A DNA stretch of 64,000 nt from an uncultured virus (IMG/VR IMGVR_UViG_3300037466_002099) (Duplodnaviria > Heunggongvirae > Uroviricota > Caudoviricetes): IMG/VR virus record IMGVR_UViG_3300037466_002099; one strand, 5' to 3'. The position numbers and the translations under genes were made by a program. This document shows, piece after piece, positions 19,056-29,008 of the stretch (positions within the stretch are counted from its first letter, which is position 1; each line of letters starts with the position of its first letter). A model generated the notes under the pieces. That model ran no database searches, was not told the origin of the DNA, and saw only the letters and a program-made list of their open reading frames with translations.

Positions 19056-19876
19056 CGCTTTACCCATGTCGGCATGTCCAGCGGTAGGGGCTCATCCGAC
19101 CAGTCCGGCCAGTGGTTCGCCTGTTTGCAGGAAACGATCTTCATAAAGTCGCGATGTGCAGTTTCACGAGCGCGGGCTATATCTTCCGATTTTGCGAAGT
19201 ACACTCCGATTGCGTATGGTTCTGTTTTTTCAAAGCAGATCCACATCCAGTGCTGCGGCACCTCGCCATACAACAGGTCGAGAATGTCGAAATACCACGG
19301 CACGGCAATGTCATAGCGGAAGTTGGCGACAGCGCGTCCGAACTCGGTCGGGCTAGCGTCTCGTGCCGACTTAACATCTAGGGCATAGGCGCCGCTGTCG
19401 TGCAGGAAATCGAACCTGCACTTGATGAGCTCGCCTGTGCCTGGGTCGGTTGTATAGAACGACTGCTCGGTCTTTCCGCCGGTCATCAGGCCACTAACCA
19501 GCGGATGCGTGTGGACACGGTCACGGATGGCAAGGCAGGTCTGGTAATCATCCGGCAAGAGGATTTGCTTGCCCGGGTTTTCCTCGCAGAACTGAGCAAA
19601 CATCGCCTTGCCATCCTTCGTGCGCTTGTTGAAGGCTGGCGAGACGACATAATTCGACGTGAATAAATCCGGCTCAAGAATGGCGGAGTGAATGGCCGTG
19701 CCGAGCTTCATGTCGTCGGTCGGCTCGTCAAGAACGCGCTTCGGGTTCAAGTATTTGTACCAATAATGCAACGGTGAGCTTCCTGCGATCACGTCGAGGT
19801 GGCTTTTGCTGATGCCAGGGCCGGCGTGGTAATCCTCGTTGGATATTTCTATGAGGCCATGCAAGGGTCGGTCCAT
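19052..19876 (-). CDS. RecE/Exo VIII-like PD-(D/E)XK exonuclease (DUF3799-like)
   Basis: SNEDYH...GISKS.LD, GTAIH..ILEP, KCRFD, DVKS and FEK..PY. Confidence 0.85.
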   Translation of the reverse strand: MDRPLHGLIEISNEDYHAGPGISKSHLDVIAGSSPLHYWYKYLNPKRVLDEPTDDMKLGTAIHSAILEPDLFTSNYVVSPAFNKRTKDGKAMFAQFCEENPGKQILLPDDYQTCLAIRDRVHTHPLVSGLMTGGKTEQSFYTTDPGTGELIKCRFDFLHDSGAYALDVKSARDASPTEFGRAVANFRYDIAVPWYFDILDLLYGEVPQHWMWICFEKTEPYAIGVYFAKSEDIARARETAHRDFMKIVSCKQANHWPDWSDEPLPLDMPTWVKR

Positions 19877-19884
19877 AGGGCTCC

Positions 19885-20019
19885 TTGATCAAAAATGTTC
19901 AATTTCCGCCATTCTGAATCATTTTTGATCATGCCGCAAGTCAAGGCACCTTGTTCTTCTTGCGATTACTTCAAACTTCACGGGCTTTCACTGTCGTTCA
20001 CTCGATCATATTTGTGCAA
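19885..20019. promoter_or_regulatory. Divergent control region with three palindromic operators and a leftward promoter TTGCGG-17-CAGAAT
   Basis: TTGATCAAAAATGTTCAA, TGAATCATTTTTGATCAT and TCGATCATATTTGTGCAA. Confidence 0.65.
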
Positions 20020-20073
20020 GTCTGATCATTTACGGTACAATTGAGAAACTTTAACCTTCGAGAAGAACCGACA

Positions 20074-20337
20074 ATGCAACACCAAGAGAATACGCAGAAT
20101 TTCGAGGATGTGTTTCTACAGCGCATCGACGACTTGGAGGCGCGGGCGAAAAAGGTCGGGATGAACTTCACCTCGATCTGCCATGAGGCCGGCGCCAGCC
20201 GCGCGACGCCGGATCGCTGGCGCCGCGACACGCCGAAGACGATCAAGCTGTTGGCGAGGATGGAGGAGATCGTCGCCGAGCGCGAAGAGGAGTGCGCAGC
20301 CGAGGATGCGGCACGGCCGTCGGCCCGGAAGCTGTAA
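20074..20337 (+). CDS. Cro-like HTH regulator
   Basis: GMNFTSICHEAGASRATPDRWR helix-turn-helix; first gene of the rightward operon. Confidence 0.65.
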   Translation: MQHQENTQNFEDVFLQRIDDLEARAKKVGMNFTSICHEAGASRATPDRWRRDTPKTIKLLARMEEIVAEREEECAAEDAARPSARKL

Positions 20338-20405
20338 GCCGGTCCATCAACAACAAGCACATTTGGCGCGGACGCTTAGCTTATTTCCGCGCCTGAAGGA
20401 ACATT

Positions 20406-23135
20406 ATGGCCGCAATCGTATTGCGCGACTATCAAGAGCGCGGTTCAGGGGAGATTAGATTCGCATTTAGGGTGCACAACACTGTTGTCTATGTGTTAAG
20501 TACCGGCGGAGGCAAGACATTTTTGTTTTGCTACATAGCAAGTTCCGCAGCGGAGAAAGGGCGCCAAGTCATGATCTTGGTGCACCGCAAGGAACTGCTG
20601 CTGCAGGCATCTGCCTCGCTCCGTAACCTCGGCATCGAACACGGCATTATATCGCCGCACTTCACCCCGGACCCGCACAAGTTGGTGCAGGTCGCCTCGA
20701 TCGACACGCTCATGCAGCGGGTCAAAAAAAAGAGCTTCCACGTCGATCTTCTGATTGTCGACGAAGCCCATCACGTCATTGCCGATAATAAGTGGGGGCG
20801 CGTGTACGAGCTTCTGGGTCGCCCGAAGATGCTTGGAGTGACTGCGACACCAGTTCGAACTGACGGCAAGGGGTTGGGCGCGCATGCGGGCGGCCTATTC
20901 GAGACGATGGTCATCGGCCCGTCGATCGCCGAACTCATCGAACGAGGGATGCTCGTCAACCCCGTCGTCTACACCAGCCTCGAGCAGCCAGACCTCACGA
21001 GCCTGAAGAAGACCAAGGACGGCGACTACAGCCTCACCGACCTTGCCGTGCGGGTGGACAAGCCGAAGATCACGGGAAGCGCCGTAGCGCAATACTCGAA
21101 AGTGTGCCCTGGCGCCCGCGCCGTCGTGTTCTGTGCCAGCGTGGAGCACGCCAAGCACGTTCGCGATGAATTCAACGCCGCCGGCTACAAGTTCGCGCTC
21201 CTCGTCGGCGCTCCGGCGATGTCGGATGCCGAGCGCACCGCGACCAACAAGGCGCTCAAGCGCGGCGAGCTGGATGGTGTGTGTACTGTCGACCTGATTT
21301 CCGAAGGCTACGACGTGCCCGGGCTCGAGTGCTGCATCATGCTCCGCCCGACCGCCTCGGAAGCCCTGTTCTTGCAGCAATGTCTTGATGATGAGACGGA
21401 AATCCTTACGAAACGTGGCTGGCTTCGACGGCGCGATGTGAAATCCGAGGATGTGGTTGCCGGGTTTGACATGAAATCGAGCGCGATAGAGTGGTGCGCG
21501 ATTGATGAATTCATTGAGCGGCCGCTGTCCGCTGGCGAGTCGATGTACGGGATAGCGAGCCCGCATCTCGACGTGCGGGTGACGGCGGGCCACGACATGA
21601 TCGTTAGATCATACGGTCCAACTGCGGTGAATTGGCATAAGTTCACTGCTGGGGAGACTGCCAAGCGTAAAGGCATATTCCGCTTGCCGGTGTGCGGCGC
21701 CGAGGAAATAGCTCCCTGCGGGTTGAGCGATGATGAGCTGCGATTTGTCGGCTGGTTTCTTACCGACGGCACAAAAAACAAGCGAACGAATGCTATTTCT
21801 ATTTCGCAGTCGGCTGGCAAGCCGGATCATTGCGAACATATAAGGTCGACTCTGCGCGGCGCTGGCTTAAAGTTTGGCGAGTGTCTGGTCAAGCGTACCG
21901 GTGCCTTCGCGCACTGTGCCGATTCGATTATGTTCACTGTTAGCAAGGGGCTCCCTCGCGGCAATGACAAGCACCTGTCTGGATGGGCTCATCTCGCCCC
22001 CTGGCTTGATAAATCGATGCCGGAAATTTTCGACCGGCTTAATTCGCGCGATCTTGCTGTAATGCTCGAAGCCATGCATCTCGGTGATGGTGCGAATCAG
22101 CACAAGCCAGATGGCTGGACGAAGCGCACGATGACCATAACTACCGGCGATGATGAACGAGCTGCTGATCGGCTACAGGCATTGTGTGTGACTCGCGGGC
22201 TTCGCTGCAACAAAGCGGTAGTGGCTTCAACGCGCGGGCATGCCGATCAATTTTTCCTCCATATTAACGATAAGCAAACAGCAACAATTGCCGGCACGTG
22301 CGTTCCTGATGGATCTATAAGCGATAAAAAGCCATACGTGCGCTCCCGTTTTAAGATGGTCTGTTCAGTGCCGGGCGAGATTGTCTGGTGCGTGAAAAAC
22401 CGGTTAGGCAGCCTTGTTATTCGCAGAAATGGCAAGGTGTGTGTCGTCGGGAACTGCGGCCGCGTGATGCGCCCATCCGAAGGCAAGCGCGGCGCATGGC
22501 TCCTCGACCATGTGGGCAACGTCGGCCAGATGATCGACGGCCAATTCAAGCGCAAGCACGGCTTGCCGAGCGAGGTCCGCGAATGGACCCTCGACGGCCG
22601 CAAAAAGGGGCGCCGCAAGAAAGAAGACGACGAGCAAATCGAGCTGATGCAGTGCTCCAACTGCTTCGCCACGCACGATCCGGCACCCTCCTGCCCGGTG
22701 TGCGGGCACATCTATCCGGTCAAGCCCAGCGGGCGCGGCGAGGCTGAGCAGGTCGAGGGCGAGCTGCAGCAGGTCACGGCGGAGATGGAAGCGGCGATCA
22801 AGATGGAGAGCCGCAAGGCGCAAGGCAAGGCGCAAACGGTCGATGAGCTGGTTGCCACGCTGGGCTACTCACGCGGCCGCGCCGAAAAGATTCTCGAGGC
22901 GCGCAAGGCCAAGGAAGAGCTGCGCGATGCCCTGATGTCGGACCTGCGAGAGTGGAACGCGAGAACCGGCGACACCACGCTCGGCATCCTCGGCAAGACC
23001 ATGCACGACCTCAAATTCATGAAGCCGAAAGAGCTCCGCGCCATGCGCGAGCAGTTCGATGCTCATCGCCGCCGGAAGGAAAAAGTCGGCGGCATTATCG
23101 ATTTGATCAACAGCGGCGAAGAGCTGCAATTCTGA
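20406..23135 (+). CDS. SF2 DEAH helicase (RadD/UvsW-like) with C-terminal Zn finger, interrupted by an intein
   Basis: LRDYQ, STGGGKT, DEAHH, TATP, EGYDVP, QQ|CGR.MR and CxxC..CxxC. Confidence 0.9.
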   Translation: MAAIVLRDYQERGSGEIRFAFRVHNTVVYVLSTGGGKTFLFCYIASSAAEKGRQVMILVHRKELLLQASASLRNLGIEHGIISPHFTPDPHKLVQVASIDTLMQRVKKKSFHVDLLIVDEAHHVIADNKWGRVYELLGRPKMLGVTATPVRTDGKGLGAHAGGLFETMVIGPSIAELIERGMLVNPVVYTSLEQPDLTSLKKTKDGDYSLTDLAVRVDKPKITGSAVAQYSKVCPGARAVVFCASVEHAKHVRDEFNAAGYKFALLVGAPAMSDAERTATNKALKRGELDGVCTVDLISEGYDVPGLECCIMLRPTASEALFLQQCLDDETEILTKRGWLRRRDVKSEDVVAGFDMKSSAIEWCAIDEFIERPLSAGESMYGIASPHLDVRVTAGHDMIVRSYGPTAVNWHKFTAGETAKRKGIFRLPVCGAEEIAPCGLSDDELRFVGWFLTDGTKNKRTNAISISQSAGKPDHCEHIRSTLRGAGLKFGECLVKRTGAFAHCADSIMFTVSKGLPRGNDKHLSGWAHLAPWLDKSMPEIFDRLNSRDLAVMLEAMHLGDGANQHKPDGWTKRTMTITTGDDERAADRLQALCVTRGLRCNKAVVASTRGHADQFFLHINDKQTATIAGTCVPDGSISDKKPYVRSRFKMVCSVPGEIVWCVKNRLGSLVIRRNGKVCVVGNCGRVMRPSEGKRGAWLLDHVGNVGQMIDGQFKRKHGLPSEVREWTLDGRKKGRRKKEDDEQIELMQCSNCFATHDPAPSCPVCGHIYPVKPSGRGEAEQVEGELQQVTAEMEAAIKMESRKAQGKAQTVDELVATLGYSRGRAEKILEARKAKEELRDALMSDLREWNARTGDTTLGILGKTMHDLKFMKPKELRAMREQFDAHRRRKEKVGGIIDLINSGEELQF
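21381..22454 (+). mobile_element. Intein (358 aa) with LAGLIDADG endonuclease
   Basis: C1[13 protein letters not shown]; block B TAGH; GWFLTDG and AMHLGDG; ends VVGN|C. Confidence 0.9.
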
Positions 23136-23145
23136 AAGGCGAATC

Positions 23146-23592
23146 ATGGCTTCGGTAAACAAAGTAATTATCGTCGGGCATTTGGGCCGCGATCCTGAAA
23201 CCAAATACATGCCCAACGGCGAAGCGGTGACTAATATTACGGTCGCGACGACGGAGAGCTGGAAAGATAAAAACAGCGGCGAGAAGCGCGAGCTGACTGA
23301 ATGGCATCGCGTGACCTTCTACCGCAAGCTGGCCGAGATCGCCGGCCAGTATCTCAAGAAAGGCATGCAGGTTTACGTCGAGGGCAAGCTGCAGACGCGC
23401 AAATGGACGGATAAGGAAGGCGTCGAGCGCTACACGACCGAGATCATTGCCGACACGATGCAAATGCTTGGCGGCAAGGGCTCCGGCGGCGGCGATGGTC
23501 GTGACGCAAATAATGGTAGCTCGGGGTCGCGGCCGCCGGCTCAGGGCAACGGGCAGAAGGGGCGCGACATGGATGACGACGCTCCTTTCTAA
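23146..23592 (+). CDS. ssb: Single-stranded DNA-binding protein
   Basis: [22 protein letters not shown] and acidic DDDAPF tail. Confidence 0.95.
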   Translation: MASVNKVIIVGHLGRDPETKYMPNGEAVTNITVATTESWKDKNSGEKRELTEWHRVTFYRKLAEIAGQYLKKGMQVYVEGKLQTRKWTDKEGVERYTTEIIADTMQMLGGKGSGGGDGRDANNGSSGSRPPAQGNGQKGRDMDDDAPF

Positions 23593-23598
23593 CGAGAC

Positions 23599-24048
23599 AT
23601 GACCACGAGTAAAGACACCAATCCCAAGGACTTGATCGGTGACAAGAAGCTGCCGTTGTGGCTTCTTTCGCCGATCGCCAAAGCACATTGGGCGCTCGCC
23701 CAGTTTTGCGGCATGATCAAGTACGGCGCCTGGAACTGGCGCGCGGCCGGCGTGCGAAAATCGGTCTACCTGTCGGCCATCCAGCGCCATTTCGACGGGT
23801 ATCTCAGCGGCGAGACCTACGACCCGGCCGACGGCACGCACCATCTCGGCAACATCATGGCGTGCTGCGCCATCCTGCTCGATGCCGAGGCTGCCGGCAA
23901 GATCACCGACGACCGGCCGCCGAGCGTCGACATGCGGCCGACATATGCCGAGTGCGAGACGCTGATGGCGACGCTGCGCGAGAAGTATGCCGACAAGCTG
24001 CCGCGCCACTTCACGATTGCTGACACTGCCGAGGAGGTAAAGCCATGA
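23599..24048 (+). CDS. dATP/dGTP diphosphohydrolase-domain protein (DUF5664-like)
   Basis: NPKD..G..K, G..KYG..NWR, RH......GE..DP..G.HHL. Confidence 0.75.
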   Translation: MTTSKDTNPKDLIGDKKLPLWLLSPIAKAHWALAQFCGMIKYGAWNWRAAGVRKSVYLSAIQRHFDGYLSGETYDPADGTHHLGNIMACCAILLDAEAAGKITDDRPPSVDMRPTYAECETLMATLREKYADKLPRHFTIADTAEEVKP

Positions 24049-24371
24049 ACCTCCTTACCATCCTGGGCATCGTGTCCATGATCTTCGTTGCGGCATTCAC
24101 GCTGCGCGCGTACCGCAACAACACCGGCGTCGGCCAGACGCCACGCGGTGCCATCATCGAGGCGTGGTTCAATATCGGCATCGGGTTTGCCATCAACTAT
24201 GCCGCGAACCTCCTGTTCCTGCCGATGGTGGGGGCGCATTTCTCTGCCGCTGAAAACTGGTGGCTTGGCTGGCTCTACACGACGATTTCGATCGTCCGGC
24301 AATTTGCGCTGCGGAGATGGTTCAACGCCCGCCTGCACCGCTTGGCGCAAAAGCTCGCCGGGGAAGCCTGA
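24045..24371 (+). CDS. Small membrane protein
   Basis: Three hydrophobic segments ending YT.IS..R.F.LRRWFN. Confidence 0.65.
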   Translation: MNLLTILGIVSMIFVAAFTLRAYRNNTGVGQTPRGAIIEAWFNIGIGFAINYAANLLFLPMVGAHFSAAENWWLGWLYTTISIVRQFALRRWFNARLHRLAQKLAGEA

Positions 24372-24802
24372 TGCGCGAGGCCGGCGTACAGCGGTCGATC
24401 TGGCTGGCGCTCGGCCGGGTCTCGACCCTGTTCCGCCTCAACAGCGGCAAGGGCTGGGTAAGCGGCGGCGGTAAGCCGCACCGCTTGGGCGATGGCTCGG
24501 TCATTGTGCCGAACGGCCGCCCGATCGCGCTCGGCCTTGCCTTGGCGAACGGCGATGCGGTCGACGGCCCTCCGGACCTCCTGGGCTGGACCTCGATTGA
24601 AATTACCCCGGAGATGGTCGGCAAGACCGTCGCCGTCGTCACCGGCATCGAGGCGAAGCGGTCCGAGGGCGGGCGCAAGAGCAAGGAGCAAAAGCACTTC
24701 CACGAGCAATTGCGCGCCGCCGGCGGCATCGTCGGCTTCGCGGCAAGTGTCGAGGAAGCGCTTGCAATAGTCGCAGACTATATAAAGCGGCTGAAGCAAT
24801 AG
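24371..24802 (+). CDS. VRR-NUC-like nuclease
   Basis: PDLLG, IEAK...GR.S.EQ..F......AGG. Confidence 0.8.
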   Translation: MREAGVQRSIWLALGRVSTLFRLNSGKGWVSGGGKPHRLGDGSVIVPNGRPIALGLALANGDAVDGPPDLLGWTSIEITPEMVGKTVAVVTGIEAKRSEGGRKSKEQKHFHEQLRAAGGIVGFAASVEEALAIVADYIKRLKQ

Positions 24803-24933
24803 AATAAGCCAACGAATATTGATCAAATTCAATGTTACACTTCTGGAACTTTGACGCCGGGTAATCCCGGTCCGTCACGGAAATTCACGGCTTGCCTGCT
24901 CCCTCAACCTGAGCGCGCGTGTCAGTATGTTTC

Positions 24934-25009
24934 TGTGCGGGATAGGGTTCGCGACCCGATGCGCTGACTGCCGGCGCTTTCCCGCACAATTTTTTTGGCA
25001 GGAATCCTA
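24934..25009 (+). ncRNA. Structured leader RNA/attenuator upstream of the primase
   Basis: 9-bp outer stem TGTGCGGGA/TCCCGCACA with two inner hairpins, a T-run, then GGCAG..CCTA complementary to its unpaired segments. Confidence 0.5.
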
Positions 25010-25022
25010 CGCAGAAGGATTT

Positions 25023-27941
25023 ATGGAGAAGCTACCCGACGAAGTTGTAAAGCAGGCACGCGAGCTCGATCTTGTCGGGCTAATAGAGAATCACGGGGTA
25101 GAGCTCAGCAAGCGTGGCGCCGATTATTTTGGCCTTTGCCCATTCCATAACGAAAAATCGCCGTCCTTCACCGTCAACCCTGGCAAGGGCTTCTATCACT
25201 GCTTCGGCTGTGGCGCGCATGGCGGAACGGTTCAATTCCTCATGGACTTCGCCGGCCTGGGCTTTCGCGACGCGGTGCTGCAGTTGACCGGCAAAGAGGC
25301 GCAGCAGATCAAACCGCGCGCCAAGCGCGAGATCGAGCGCGAGGAGCCGCAGGACTGGGTGCCGGTCGTCCCGGTCCCTGAGACCGCGATGCAACCGAAG
25401 GACATCATCCATCGCAAGATCAATGGCAAGTGGGTCAAACTGCAAGCGGCCGCTCGCTGGGAATACCGCAATGCGGCCGGTGAGCTGATCGGCTACGTCT
25501 ACCGCTTCAACCTGCCGGAGAAGACGCCGGGCAAGAATGACGGCGGCAAGGAAGTCTGCCCGCAGGTCTTCGCCCGCAACAACGAGACGGGCGAGCTCGA
25601 ATGGCGCTGGCTCTCGTTCCCCAAGCCGCGCCCGATCTACGGGCTCGAGCTGCTGGCAGCGAACCCTGGCGCGCAGGTCATGGTGGTCGAGGGCGAGAAA
25701 GCCTGCGATGCCGCGCGCAAGCGCTTCGCGGCGGCGGGCATCGGCCCGACCAAGCTGGTCGTCGTCTCCTGGCCCGGCGGCGGCAAGGCCGTCAAGCACG
25801 TCGACTGGGCGCCGCTCTATATTCGCAGGGTCGGGCTGTGGCCGGACGCCGACAGCAAGCCGTATCCGGACAAGCATCCGAAGGCCGGCGTGCTCATGCC
25901 GTTCCTCGAGCAGCCCGGCAACGTCGCAATGCTCGACATCTTCAAGGCAATTCGCGGCTATTGCGAGGGCGTAAAGTTCTTCGTGCCGCCCCCCGGTGCT
26001 CCTGATGGCTGGGACTTGGCCGACCCGGATCCGGACGGCTTCGACCTCATGGCGCACGTCAAGACCTCGAGGCTGGCCGAGACGATCGAGACCGAGTTCA
26101 AGGTCGTCGAGGAGGGGCCGCTGCCGTGGGAAGGGCCGGACGAGATCGACCGTGGACCGGCAACGGAATCGGCAAACAAACCGGCAAAAACGAGCGCGGA
26201 AAACACCCCGAAACGCAGCGCTGATGCGGGTTCCGGCGGTGAGGCGAAATCGGCAAAAAAACCGCCGACCGGCGATGATGACGGCGACGAGCTGCCGGAA
26301 AACAACATCCATTTCACCATCCTCGGCTACGACCACGAGCGTTATTTTGTCTTCCAACACGGCAAGCGGCAGGTCGCCGTGTTGACCAAGGGCGACTTCA
26401 CGGAAACCGGCTTGATCGAACTCGCGCCGCTGAACTGGTGGGAACTTTATTTTCCAGGGCAGAATGCCGCAATCAACAAGAAAGCGGCGGCGAATTTCAT
26501 CATCCGCACTGCCGAGAAGCGCGGCATCTTCGACATGAGCAGTCGAAGCCGTGGCCGTGGCGCATGGAGCGACAAGGGCCGCTTCGTGTATCACCACGGC
26601 GACTATCTCTCAGTCGACGGCGAGAAGACGGATATCACACAGATCAAATCCAAGTACGTCTACGAGCTCGCGCACTCGTTGCCGGAGCCTGCCAACACGC
26701 CACTGTCCGATGAGGACGGACGGCGGTTGCTCGATACCGCCAAGCTCTTCCGCTGGACGACGCCGGGCTCTGCCGCGCTCCTGGCCGGCTGGGTCGTGCT
26801 GGCGCCGCTGTGTGGTGCGCTGCGCTGGCGCCCGCATATCTGGCTTACTGGCGGCGCTGGCTGCGGAAAATCGACCGTGCTCAATTTGTTCGTGCATGTC
26901 CTGATGGGCGGAATGGACATCTTCGCGCAAGGCAACAGTTCCGAGGCAGGCATCCGCCAGACACTCAAAGCCGACGCGCTGCCTGTGCTCTTCGACGAGT
27001 CCGAGTCGAATGAAGAGGGCGACGCACGCCGCATCCAGAACGTGCTGTCGCTCATCCGCCAAGCGTCAACCGAATCGCAGGCCAAGACGTTGAAGGGTAC
27101 CGCCGGCGGCGACGCCATGTCATTCCATATCCGCTCCATGTTCTGCCTTGCCTCCGTTCAGGTGGCCATCAAGCACCAAGCCGACGTTGAGCGCTTGACC
27201 GTGCTGGCGCTCAGGCCGAAGCGCGAGGATGCCGACGCGGCCGCGACGTGGAAGCGGATACAAGAATCGCTCTACCTGATCGAACGCGACGAGACGCTGC
27301 CTGCGCGCCTGTTCCGCCGCTCGATCGACCTGCTGCCGGTCATTCACGAGAACATCGCCGTCTTTACCGAGGTCGCGGCCGCACGCTTCGGCTCCCAGCG
27401 CGACGGCGACCAGTACGGCACGCTGCTCGCCGGCGCCTGGGCGCTGACCTCTGCCAAGCCGGTCACGCGGGCCGAGGCCGAGGCCATGATCGACAGCTAC
27501 GACTGGTCCGAGCACCGCGAGCACAACGAGACCGACGAGGCGCAGCGCGCGCTGGCATCGCTCATGGAGGCGCATATCCGCTTTGTCGGAACGGAATACA
27601 CTGTCTTCGAGCTGGTGCGCGAGGCCGTCGGCGAGATGGGCGGCATCGATATCGGCATCGGCATGTCAAAGGCCGATGCCGTCCTGCAGCGCTACGGCAT
27701 GCGGGTCAAGGGCGATCGCCTGTTACTGTCTAACCAGTCGCGCGAGCTGCCGCGCCTGATGCAAGGCACGCCGTTCGAAGCCGACTTGCGCGGGCTGCTG
27801 CTGCGTGTGCCGGGTGCGGACCGCTTCGGCAACCGCTCTATTCGGATCAACGGCTTGGCCTCGAAGTGTATTTCACTGCCGATCAAGGTGCTGCTGGAGG
27901 AGGATGTCAGTAACGTGCCGGGCGACATGGAGGAATTCTGA
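25023..27941 (+). CDS. Primase-helicase (CHC2 Zn finger, TOPRIM, P-loop helicase)
   Basis: CPFH.EKSPSF...YHCFGC; VVEGEK..D, PDAD and GWDLAD; GGAGCGKS and LFDE; start placed after AAGGA. Confidence 0.9.
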   Translation: MEKLPDEVVKQARELDLVGLIENHGVELSKRGADYFGLCPFHNEKSPSFTVNPGKGFYHCFGCGAHGGTVQFLMDFAGLGFRDAVLQLTGKEAQQIKPRAKREIEREEPQDWVPVVPVPETAMQPKDIIHRKINGKWVKLQAAARWEYRNAAGELIGYVYRFNLPEKTPGKNDGGKEVCPQVFARNNETGELEWRWLSFPKPRPIYGLELLAANPGAQVMVVEGEKACDAARKRFAAAGIGPTKLVVVSWPGGGKAVKHVDWAPLYIRRVGLWPDADSKPYPDKHPKAGVLMPFLEQPGNVAMLDIFKAIRGYCEGVKFFVPPPGAPDGWDLADPDPDGFDLMAHVKTSRLAETIETEFKVVEEGPLPWEGPDEIDRGPATESANKPAKTSAENTPKRSADAGSGGEAKSAKKPPTGDDDGDELPENNIHFTILGYDHERYFVFQHGKRQVAVLTKGDFTETGLIELAPLNWWELYFPGQNAAINKKAAANFIIRTAEKRGIFDMSSRSRGRGAWSDKGRFVYHHGDYLSVDGEKTDITQIKSKYVYELAHSLPEPANTPLSDEDGRRLLDTAKLFRWTTPGSAALLAGWVVLAPLCGALRWRPHIWLTGGAGCGKSTVLNLFVHVLMGGMDIFAQGNSSEAGIRQTLKADALPVLFDESESNEEGDARRIQNVLSLIRQASTESQAKTLKGTAGGDAMSFHIRSMFCLASVQVAIKHQADVERLTVLALRPKREDADAAATWKRIQESLYLIERDETLPARLFRRSIDLLPVIHENIAVFTEVAAARFGSQRDGDQYGTLLAGAWALTSAKPVTRAEAEAMIDSYDWSEHREHNETDEAQRALASLMEAHIRFVGTEYTVFELVREAVGEMGGIDIGIGMSKADAVLQRYGMRVKGDRLLLSNQSRELPRLMQGTPFEADLRGLLLRVPGADRFGNRSIRINGLASKCISLPIKVLLEEDVSNVPGDMEEF

Positions 27942-28300
27942 TGGCTCAATCGATCACCGTCCCGGCCGGGTTCAAGGCCGACTTCGCCCTGGTATGCGAC
28001 CGCTCAGGCATGACCGAGCGCGAGGAAAACCAGCTCCGCAACGTTGTCCGCTCCGACTTCGCCGCGCACGGACCGTGGGTGCAGCAGACGGCGCGAGTCT
28101 ACCGCTTCGCCGACGAGACCTGGGGCGGCCTGCCGCGCCCCGACCTGTGCCAAGGGTTCCTCGCGCATCACGGCCAGTTCTACGACGACGACCTATTCAA
28201 GCGACTGGGCATCTTGGAGCAGGTCCGCATGTGCATGGAAGCTGCCGAGGCTACGCAATCAGCCAGCGCTGACGCACCGGCCGATACTGCATCGAGTTAG
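27941..28300 (+). CDS. Hypothetical protein
   Basis: Coupled to the primase stop. Confidence 0.55.
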   Translation: MAQSITVPAGFKADFALVCDRSGMTEREENQLRNVVRSDFAAHGPWVQQTARVYRFADETWGGLPRPDLCQGFLAHHGQFYDDDLFKRLGILEQVRMCMEAAEATQSASADAPADTASS

Positions 28301-28640
28301 ACGGCACGATCCGGCAGAATGCCATCACGTCGTCCACCGACTTGAAGCCGTAGGGCTCGAGGTTCTTCGATATCGACTCGACCATCCGCATCGTGCCCCG
28401 GTTGTCTACCCAGTCACGCACGAGCTCCGGGCTCAGCCGGTTGTACATCTCGACGCAGGCGGTCGTCAGCTCGTCAGCATTCCGGCAGCCGGCGCCGGTA
28501 AAGGCATCGCGCACGAACTCCTTGGTTGCCCGGTCGACATGACCATCGATCGCGAAGACGAGCAGGCCGACGGCGAGGTCAATGTTGATTGAATCGCCGT
28601 ATTCTCTGATGGTTTTCGAAAATTTCGCCACGTTTCCCAT
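28251..28640 (-). CDS. Hypothetical protein
   Basis: AAGGA RBS. Confidence 0.55.
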   Translation of the reverse strand: MGNVAKFSKTIREYGDSINIDLAVGLLVFAIDGHVDRATKEFVRDAFTGAGCRNADELTTACVEMYNRLSPELVRDWVDNRGTMRMVESISKNLEPYGFKSVDDVMAFCRIVPSNSMQYRPVRQRWLIA

Positions 28641-28778
28641 AATGTCCTTTCCCGGCCGACGCCGCTGCCGCTACGACAGCCGACGCGTTTGATGGTTCTC
28701 ATCATCTTTGCCTGGATTGGACGTTAGCGATTTGACAAAAATCAGAATGTGTCATGATGTCATTGACTTGTCATAACA

Positions 28779-29000
28779 TTAGTGTCGTTTTCGCAACTTC
28801 TTGAGCTCGTCGACGATCTCGGTCGGTGCCGGCTTGCCGGCATCGGCGCGCATCTTGAGGATGAGGTCGGCAACGTCGCTGAAGCGGCACCAGTAATCGT
28901 TCTCGGCGTAAAGCCGGTCATCGGCGTCGGCGATATTTTCCATCACGCAATCCTCGTCGGCGGACTGGTAGACGCGGATGGAGATGGTGGGGTCGGTCAT
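28779..29000 (-). CDS. Hypothetical protein
   Basis: Follows the phosphoesterase gene. Confidence 0.5.
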   Translation of the reverse strand: MTDPTISIRVYQSADEDCVMENIADADDRLYAENDYWCRFSDVADLILKMRADAGKPAPTEIVDELKKLRKRH

Positions 29001-29008
29001 GGGCGGGA

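Noticed and set aside
23599..24048. Z-genome (2-aminoadenine) pathway
   Set aside because: No PurZ, DatZ or polymerase in the window; this domain alone is insufficient evidence
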